This document shows, piece by piece, positions 36,391 to 45,103 of a DNA stretch of 45,103 bases. Numbering within the stretch: the first letter of the stretch is position 1; every line of letters begins with the position of its first letter. The translations under genes and the position numbers were made by a program. The stretch is taken from the NCBI RefSeq assembly GCF_001194135.2, contig NC_068981.1, forward strand, positions 118,111,649-118,156,751, read 5' to 3'. The notes under the pieces are model-generated. The model saw nothing but the letters and a program-made list of their open reading frames with translations. It ran no database searches and was not told the DNA's origin. The DNA comes from Octopus bimaculoides (lineage: Eukaryota).

Positions 36391-37715
36391 TTACTGGTGA
36401 GATTGTTTAACCCTAGGTTTGTTAGAGAGAACAGAACTATGACCAAACCAATTACATCAGGGACAGAACAGGATTAAAACATAATTTATGTAATATCACG
36501 GTTCATTTTCTCTTTCTTTCTTTCTTTCTCTCTTTCTTTCTTTCTAGTGAATTTCTCGTGGAAAATAGAATCTTTCTAATGGACGTGCTTCTGTTTAGAA
36601 ATCTGTGTGGCTTCAGAGATAAGAGCAATGTCGTCAATGGGCCGCGTGCTATTCGGTTCATCCACAGTGGTATGCGTGTATACTCTACGGGTGGGTGTAT
36701 ATATAACTGGGTTTGTATTTGTAAGTGTGAATGTCAGCCTGTGTTGACATAATGAAAAGGTGCTCTTCAAAAAAAAAAAAAAAAAAAAAAAANNNNNNNN
36801 NNNNNNNNNNNNNNNNNNNNNNNNNNNNNNNNNNNNNNNNNNNNNNNNNNNNNNNNNNNNNNNNNNNNNNNNNNNNNNNNNNNNNNNNNNNNNNNNNNNN
36901 NNNNNNNNNNNNNNNNNNNNNNNNNNNNNNNNNNNNNNNNNNNNNNNNNNNNNNNNNNNNNNNNNNNNNNNNNNNNNNNNNNNNNNNNNNNNNNNNNNNN
37001 NNNNNNNNNNNNNNNNNNNNNNNNNNNNNNNNNNNNNNNNNNNNNNNNNNNNNNNNNNNNNNNNNNNNNNNNNNNNNNNNNNNNNNNNNNNNNNNNNNNN
37101 NNNNNNNNNNNNNNNNNNNNNNNNNNNNNNNNNNNNNNNNNNNNNNNNNNNNNNNNNNNNNNNNNNNNNNNNNNNNNNNNNNNNNNNNNNNNNNNNNNNN
37201 NNNNNNNNNNNNNNNNNNNNNNNNNNNNNNNNNNNNNNNNNNNNNNNNNNNNNNNNNNNNNNNNNNNNNNNNNNNNNNNNNNNNNNNNNNNNNNNNNNNN
37301 NNNNNNNNNNNNNNNNNNNNNNNNNNNNNNNNNNNNNNNNNNNNNNNNNNNNNNNNNNNNNNNNNNNNNNNNNNNNNNNNNNNNNNNNNNNNNNNNNNNN
37401 NNNNNNNNNNNNNNNNNNNNNNNNNNNNNNNNNNNNNNNNNNNNNNNNNNNNNNNNNNNNNNNNNNNNNNNNNNNNNNNNNNNNNNNNNNNNNNNNNNNN
37501 NNNNNNNNNNNNNNNNNNNNNNNNNNNNNNNNNNNNNNNNNNNNNNTAATGGATGCATTTGGTAGTGTAATTCTTTATCTCAGTTCTTCAACTTGCGATT
37601 CTTGATTTTCTTCGTAGAATTGATGTCGTAAAGAAGTAATCTGAGTAAAACTTGACATTTCCCTTCTGTCAATACAAAACCAAGCCCCGATTATTTCACC
37701 AAAGACTGACTTGTC

Positions 37716-37758
<43 letters not shown>

Positions 37759-38025
37759 AGAGCAATTATATTTTTGAGAGTGGTAATGTCGTTAAATGGT
37801 AAAATCTGAAGTTTAACCCCCCACCCACTACCCCGCTCGTCCTTCGATTCAAGCTCACAAAATATAAGTCTTTGTATTGCTAATAAAAGGGTCATTGACC
37901 GATGAATAGCAACCTGTGTTTTACTTCTGTTTACCAGAATCCCCGAGAGATATTCGAACCTGGTTGTTGTACGTTCGAATGTCGACTCAGTTATTCCTGA
38001 ATTTTTCATTAATTTATTTTATCCA

Positions 38026-38423
38026 AGGCGGCGAGCTGGCAGAATCGTTAGCACGCCGGGCGAAATGCTTAGCGGTATTTCGTCTGCCGTTACGTTCTGA
38101 GTTCAAATTCCGCCGAGGTAAACTTTGCCTTTCATCCTTTCGGGGTTAATTAAATAAGTACCAGTTACGCACTGGGGTCGATATAATCGACTTAATCCGT
38201 TTGTCTGTCCTTGTTTGTCCCCTCTGTGTGTAGCCCCTTGTGGGCAATAAAGAAATAAGAAACGTTAGCATGCCGGGCAAAATGCTTAGCCGTATTTCGT
38301 CTGCCGTTACGTCCTGAGTTCAAATGGTACCGAGGTCGACTTTGCCTTTCATCCTTTGGGGTCGATAAATTAAGTACCAGTTGCGTACTGGGTCGATCTA
38401 ATCGACCTGCCCCCCCTCCCCCC
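38026..38423 (+). mobile_element. Two tandem, little-diverged SINE family A copies
   Basis: aaggcggcgagctggcagaatcgttagcacgccgggcgaaatgcttagcggtatttcg...; a second copy starts at about 38260 and its tail lies beyond the gap at 38531-38548. Confidence 0.88.
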
Positions 38424-38719
38424 NNNNNNNNNNNNNNNNNNNNNNNNNNNNNNNNNNNNNNNNNNNNNNNNNNNNNNNNNNNNNNNNNNNNNNNNNNNNN
38501 NNNNNNNNNNNNNNNNNNNNNNNNNNNNNNNCCTAGAGTAGAAAAGATTAATTTGTTTTATTTGAGATAATTGGTCACTCTGTCCACTTCGCTGCTTTAG
38601 ATCGAACCCCCCCCCCGAATATCATGAAGCATCTCCCATATACAATACAGTGATATGAAAAGCTTCGATCAATAGAGATTTTCTGCGCAATTAGCAAATA
38701 AAGACTCCCTCTATAGCTA

Positions 38720-40062
38720 TTGCCATCCATCCATCCACTTTCTCCGCCCACTATTCCAGAGATGGCCGTGAGAACAGAGTCCTTAGGCATCGCCTCCAAA
38801 GGGTTCTATCAGGGGCAGTCGTTATTAGATTTTTCCGGCTGCATTCCCAAACGTAACCAATTTAGACAAGAGATATAATCCAACCATCTTTGTTCTTGGT
38901 CCATTCCTGGGTCTCCGGCCGGTTGGCTGGCGTTGAGAATCTGTTTTGTGAGTCTTTTCAGCGACATTCTAATCACATATCTGTAGTACCAGAGTTGTTA
39001 CCTTTCAATGCAGAGGAGTAGTGGTCCAACCTGGAGAGATTCCTTCATCTCTGAGTTACGCACCTTGCCGGTTCTTCGGAGAAGCCCATTTCGGCCACTT
39101 ACGATCGTACTCTTTCGGCCACTACACAACATTCTTGACCATAGGTGAGGATAGACACGAAAACCGAATTGAAGATGGCGAGCTTGGTTCTTTTCTTTTT
39201 TTCTTTTGTTTTTGCCAGCCTCTCCTCTTCTGAGGATCGAATGCCGGAGCTGGGGCATTAATGTACCAACACCGGCAATTCTAGCATGCAATTCAGCCTC
39301 CTGCCTGCCATCACTCGGGTATACAGCTCTGATTTCTTCTCCACTCGTTTCTGTGATCTACTAACACAAAGAGTGCATAGAGAAGAGTATCTTGACAGGA
39401 CTCGTGTCTCAGTCTCCGCAACACCAATCCTCATCTCTCGGCAACGAACCCATTCAGTGCAGACTGCAGATTATCTTCTGATAAACTTCCTAAGCACCTA
39501 ATCGTCTGCGTATATTAACCGACCGATCCTACACTTTCCGATTACGCAACGGTTATGCATGTCAATCCACCCATAAGAAACAATAAAAATTATATAAAGG
39601 TGAGGTGTCAATATGCTCCCTTCTCGAAGACCAACGTTGAAAGGTTTTGATTTTAGCACCATTTTTAACCGAACTCAAACATCTGAAAATTCGTACAAGG
39701 ACTTCACGGCAGTCAAAAGTTACCCATTGAATCCTCCACAGCATGTCTCCCGGCAGGCGGGCATATGATTTTTGGAGGTTTACAAAGCATGAGTATATCT
39801 CTTGGCAATACTTCTATGATTTCTTGAAGACCTGTCATAGAGGGAAAATCTGGGTGGCTGTTCTGCATCCCGGAAGAAATCCACGCTTTTCCTCAGCAAG
39901 TTCGGCAACACTTTCGTAAAATCGCTTTTCTAGACACCCAGGGTAGGCTTTGCAGGAGAAGCTCAGCAAGGGGATTCCATCATAATCAGAACACTGACTC
40001 TTGTCTCTTTTTAAAATTTGGGTTTATCACACCGGATTGCCATTGTTTTGGTGTCATGCAGC
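38720..40062 (-). mobile_element. Degenerate RTE-clade LINE (reverse transcriptase domain to 3' tail)
   Basis: Minus-strand translation PKQWQSGVINPNFKKRDKSQCSDYDGIPLLS...EEKRGF...TQIF...CFVNLQKSYARLPGDMLW (RT subdomains 0-3), then ESLQVGPLLLCIER and PTGRRPRNGPRT. It has many stops and frameshifts and ends in a (GGAT)n tail. Confidence 0.9.
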
Positions 40063-43000
40063 GGGCTGAGCTATTCAAAATCTAAAAATAGCAAACAAGG
40101 GAGATAACTCATATATATGTATATATATATGTATGTATGTATGCTATGTGTGTGTGTGTGTACATATATATATATATATANNNNNNNNNNNNNNNNNNNN
40201 NNNNNNNNNNNNNNNNNNNNNNNNNNNNNNNNNNNNNNNNNNNNNNNNNNNNNNNNNNNNNNNNNNNNNNNNNNNNNNNNNNNNNNNNNNNNNNNNNNNN
40301 NNNNNNNNNNNNNNNNNNNNNNNNNNNNNNNNNNNNNNNNNNNNNNNNNNNNNNNNNNNNNNNNNNNNNNNNNNNNNNNNNNNNNNNNNNNNNNNNNNNN
40401 NNNNNNNNNNNNNNNNNNNNNNNNNNNNNNNNNNNNNNNNNNNNNNNNNNNNNNNNNNNNNNNNNNNNNNNNNNNNNNNNNNNNNNNNNNNNNNNNNNNN
40501 NNNNNNNNNNNNNNNNNNNNNNNNNNNNNNNNNNNNNNNNNNNNNNNNNNNNNNNNNNNNNNNNNNNNNNNNNNNNNNNNNNNNNNNNNNNNNNNNNNNN
40601 NNNNNNNNNNNNNNNNNNNNNNNNNNNNNNNNNNNNNNNNNNNNNNNNNNNNNNNNNNNNNNNNNNNNNNNNNNNNNNNNNNNNNNNNNNNNNNNNNNNN
40701 NNNNNNNNNNNNNNNNNNNNNNNNNNNNNNNNNNNNNNNNNNNNNNNNNNNNNNNNNNNNNNNNNNNNNNNNNNNNNNNNNNNNNNNNNNNNNNNNNNNN
40801 NNNNNNNNNNNNNNNNNNNNNNNNGATGAACATAGTAATAACAACAATACTCCTTAGATGGCATTTAGAAATGTTTTAATGCATTGCTACATACGTTTCC
40901 ACAAAGCACATGTTTCTTTTAAGATCGTACTCTGTGTATTCCTGGGACGATTACAGTGCAGTCTGTAGTATCCATGGACATCGGGTGGATCATATTCATG
41001 CATTCGTTTCTTCGGACTAAATAACATTAATGAATGTTTAACTGAGGGTTGTTAATCAATTTTGACCAATGAGAAGATTGATTGGGGGTATGTGGGTATT
41101 TCTGTGTGTATTTGGTGGGGGTGGGGTGGAAGGTGATGGAAAGAAAGGAAGGAATGGTGGTTGTAAGGAGGTGGAGGTGTGTGTGGTGATGTTGGACTTA
41201 CCTTTGCTATGTGAGTCTGCAGATGTCTGGGTGGGTATTAGGGTCCTTTGGTTTGACCTTATTCGCAGCAGGCTTGTTGTGAATAAAATCAAACGAAAGA
41301 ATCATGATAAACACGAATACAATTTATACCGTTTGTTCCGTGCGAACGTTACACACACACACGCGCGCACACTCACACACACATATGAGTGTGTGTGTGT
41401 ACAAAAAAACAATGAAGGGATGTAATGGCGGAGAAAAATTTATTCCAAGTCGTGTGTATCAAATGTTAATAAAGTCCAATCTAAGTCATATGGTGAGTTG
41501 GAAAACTTAATCTTTTGAAATTATTCAAGCAACTCTCTGATAAAACGTCCCTCTAGCGGCGCTAAATGTCTTGCTATTATAAAAATACTGGTTTGCTTTT
41601 TGTCTAGTAAATGGCATTCGTTTTATTTATACAACATCACGCCTGATAGGTATGTATATATATATATATATATATNNNNNNNNNNNNNNNNNNNNNNNNN
41701 NNNNNNNNNNNNNNNNNNNNNNNNNNNNNNNNNNNNNNNNNNNNNNNNNNNNNNNNNNNNNNNNNNNNNNNNNNNNNNNNNNNNNNNNNNNNNNNNNNNN
41801 NNNNNNNNNNNNNNNNNNNNNNNNNNNNNNNNNNNNNNNNNNNNNNNNNNNNNNNNNNNNNNNNNNNNNNNNNNNNNNNNNNNNNNNNNNNNNNNNNNNN
41901 NNNNNNNNNNNNNNNNNNNNNNNNNNNNNNNNNNNNNNNNNNNNNNNNNNNNNNNNNNNNNNNNNNNNNNNNNNNNNNNNNNNNNNNNNNNNNNNNNNNN
42001 NNNNNNNNNNNNNNNNNNNNNNNNNNNNNNNNNNNNNNNNNNNNNNNNNNNNNNNNNNNNNNNNNNNNNNNNNNNNNNNNNNNNNNNNNNNNNNNNNNNN
42101 NNNNNNNNNNNNNNNNNNNNNNNNNNNNNNNNNNNNNNNNNNNNNNNNNNNNNNNNNNNNNNNNNNNNNNNNNNNNNNNNNNNNNNNNNNNNNNNNNNNN
42201 NNNNNNNNNNNNNNNNNNNNNNNNNNNNNNNNNNNNNNNNNNNNNNNNNNNNNNNNNNNNNNNNNNNNNNNNNNNNNNNNNNNNNNNNNNNNNNNNNNNN
42301 NNNNNNNNNNNNNNNNNNNNNNNNNNNNNNNNNNNNNNNNNNNNNNNNNNNNNNNNNNNNNNNNNNNNNNNNNNNNNNNNNNNNNNNNNNNNNNNNNNNN
42401 NNNNNNNNNNNNNNNNNNNNNNNNNNNNNNNNNNNNNNNNNNNNNNNNNNNNNNNNNNNNNNNNNNNNNNNNNNNNNNNNNNNNNNNNNNNNNNNNNNNN
42501 NNNNNNNNNNNNNNNNNNNNNNNNNNNNNNNNNNNNNNNNNGTGCGTGCGTGTGCGTGTGCGTGTGCGTGTGCGTGTGCGTGTGCGTGTGCGTGCGTGTG
42601 TGTGTGTGTGTGTCTAAAGAATTTATAAACATACAGAAGTGCTGAAGACTATAAATGCGTATATCTACATCAGGTGTGTATACTTGTCTACACCCTTTCC
42701 CGCTCGCTTCCAGATTTTCTTTGATTCTCTCCATTTTCACCTTTTTTGATTTCGTTAAGTCGACATTTACACACACACACACACGCGCACAAACACATGC
42801 ACACACACACATGCCATATATATATGTATGGATGTATGTGCGTATGCATATATGTGTGTATGCGTGTATGTGTGTGTGAAGAAAAAATCGCATATACACA
42901 TGTATAGATATCTACATATACACTTCATACATTCACTCACACATATAAAGACATACATATATACACACACAAACATATAGACAATCTGTTATACGCACAC

Positions 43001-43099
43001 ACATACAGATTTATATACACGCTCACACAAGTATAGTACTTCACATGCTTACACACTTATAGACATCGGCATACGCAAACATTTCTTCCCTTGATAAAA

Positions 43100-43215
43100 A
43101 TCAAAGCATGAACCAATATCTGCAGACACAAAGCAGGACACATTCCAGAAGAGGCATCAAACAGGGCGATATCCTCGTCTCAGCTCTCTTTTGTCACTCA
43201 CCTTCGTACTCTTTA
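43100..43215 (+). mobile_element. Tiny LINE reverse transcriptase fragment
   Basis: One frame reads RGIKQGDILVSALFCH, resembling the RT motif RG(I/V)xQGDxLSPLLF. It is very short. Confidence 0.4.
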
Positions 43216-43235
43216 GCAATGGCTGCGATTCTTTA

Positions 43236-43445
43236 AGGCGGCGGGCTGGCAGAATCGTTAGCGCGCCGGGCGAAATGCTTAGCGGTATTTCGTTTGTCTT
43301 TACGTTCTGAGTTCAAATTCCGCCGAGGTCGACTTTGCTTTTCATCCTTGCAGGATCAATAAAATGAATACCAGCGGAGTACTGAGGTCGATGCAGTAGA
43401 TTTATCATCTTCCCTAAAATTGCTGACCTCTTGCAAAAGCTTGAA
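43236..43445 (+). mobile_element. SINE family A copy
   Basis: aaggcggcgggctggcagaatcgttagcgcgccgggcgaaatgcttagcggtatttcg...gagttcaaattccgccgaggtcgac. Confidence 0.85.
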
Positions 43446-43449
43446 GCCA

Positions 43450-43653
43450 ACTCGTTTCAGTAGTTAGATTGCGGCCATGCTGGGGCACCGTCTTGGAGAA
43501 TTTCTATCGAATAAATCGACCCCAGCACTTGTTTTTTTTTTTTAAAGCCTGGCACATATTCTATTAGTCTCTTTTACCGAACCGCTAACACGTAAACACA
43601 CTAACACCTATTATCAAGCGGTGGCGGAGGACAAACACAGATACAAAGACACA

Positions 43654-43685
<32 letters not shown>

Positions 43686-43845
43686 TTTTAATTTCTGCTG
43701 CCAAATCCACTCACAAGGCCTTGGTCGGCCGGAGGCTATAGTAGAAAACACTTGTCCAAGGTGGGTGCCCCGCAATGGGACTGTACTCGGAACCATATCG
43801 TTGGGAGGCAAGCGTTTTCACCACACAGCTTCACCTGCGCCTATA
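43450..43845 (-). mobile_element. SINE family B copy with internal (CA)n
   Basis: cggccatgctggggcacc...accgaaccgctaa...ccaaatccactcacaaggcc...acacttgtccaaggtg matches 24850-25370 in reverse. Confidence 0.8.
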
Positions 43846-44717
43846 TAAAGGTTCTTGAATGATTTCTGTAGAAATGATTAAGACATATTCTGAACGTCAA
43901 CGGGTCCCCATGAACTCCAGACAGAGATTTAGAAGGTTAACCGAGGTTTGTGCATTGAGCCAGTGACACACTGACACCGTTTACGTAGGTTGGCCATACT
44001 GTTTAAATGAACGATCGAAGGATCTCGATGTAGACGCGGTATGATAAGTTTCTATGTGGAAAGCGCCCTCAACACAAACCAACCCTGCATTTTAAGGACT
44101 TTAAAGTGCCCCTTGAAAATATTTTAAATAACCGAAGTCAGTTAGAAAAGAAGCGACTCTGAACGGAACCAATGGAGAAACAATTAAGCGATTGTGCAGA
44201 TTTCGGAGTTTTTCGAAAGTCAGTATTTCAAAGGAAGGGTCTCACCCTTCAGCATTCAAACTGACCATATCTGGCCCAAATATTCAACCCGTTTTATGTT
44301 CAAACCGTCCACACATGAACTAAAATGTCATTCCGAAATTAAATAATCACATCATCAAAATCTCAAAGCTATGAGATAACGCATGATTGATTCAAAAGAA
44401 TGTGAATAAATAAGTATTGCATTTGACAGTAATGTGAATGCTGAAGGTTAAGCGACCTTCACGAAAACACAAAATTTGGGCAGTGGAAACGGAAGTGCAT
44501 GACGTAAACCTGTTCTGCAATATTTTTGGTTGATAAGTGTGTTTGCAAGGTGGAAGTCATTAGTCATCAGATAAAAAAAAATAAAAATGCGATTACAGCA
44601 TGCAATAACTGGGGCGGTAGAGGCGTTGGGGGGAGAGTGACTAATTTATGGGTGTTTTAAAAAGAGACAATATTGTGCAACGGAATATAATTCTGTACAC
44701 TAATATGCATATAATCT

Positions 44718-44774
44718 AAGGCGGCGGTGAGCTGGCAGAATCGTTAGCACACCGGGCGAAATGCTTCGCGGTAT
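44718..44774 (+). mobile_element. SINE family A head, truncated
   Basis: aaggcggcggtgagctggcagaatcgttagcacaccgggcgaaatgcttcgcggtat, then abruptly unrelated sequence. Confidence 0.8.
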
Positions 44775-44911
44775 AACGGCTCTGTGAATTATTGTGAATT
44801 ATTGTGAATACTGTTGTGTTACTTTGTGAAAACTGTCTCGGTAAATAATTGTGATTTTTGTGGAATTATTACGGTTGTATTTCACGTGAGCTGCTGCATT
44901 TTTACCCAGCT

Positions 44912-45103
44912 ATGGCAAGTGGTAGTGTCTCCAGTATGGAGAGCTACGCCAAGGCCACTGCGGTGAGGAAGCCAGTGCCGCTGGAAACCAAGTTAATCAA
45001 GTTGGATATGGAGGAGGTGACCAGAAGCAGGAATTTGATAGAAGTTGATGGAGACTCATACAAATTCTGCCCCCAAAAGAGACTAAAGAAGAAAAATTCT
45101 GAG
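44912..45103 (+). CDS. Open ORF running off the window edge, probably ORF1/gag-like protein of a retrotransposon
   Basis: ATG at 44912, 64 codons without a stop: MASGSVSSMESYAKATAVRKPVPLETKLIKLDMEEVTRSRNLIEVDGDSYKFCPQKRLKKKNSE. It is visibly more GC-rich than its flanks. The identity is inferred only. Confidence 0.45.
   Translation, partial: MASGSVSSMESYAKATAVRKPVPLETKLIKLDMEEVTRSRNLIEVDGDSYKFCPQKRLKKKNSE

Overview
AT-rich eukaryotic (metazoan) genomic DNA with about 14 N-gaps totalling roughly 6 kb. The gaps are mostly flanked by (TA)n/(CA)n microsatellites. The repeat landscape (dense tRNA-headed SINEs, RTE LINEs, a Penelope-like element, compound microsatellites) suggests an octopod cephalopod; this is inferred, not proven. 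The only host gene I can support is the 3' half of a minus-strand Cys-loop, nicotinic acetylcholine receptor-like subunit. It has three exons that splice in frame: M2 (22488-22574), M3 (12266-12381) and the M3-M4 loop/MA/M4/stop (9516-10052), giving 246 aa. Its M2 (GMNIFVAFFVLLLLLAES) is atypical and resembles, from memory, the molluscan chloride-selective AChR group. The M1 and ligand-binding exons are not visible in the window. The rest is transposon debris (mariner, Gypsy, Penelope GIY-YIG, two RTE copies, another LINE 3' end, a hAT MITE, three foldback elements, about 35 SINE pieces) plus an open ORF running off the right edge. Most ORFs in the supplied track are microsatellite or gap artefacts. 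No tool or database was used.
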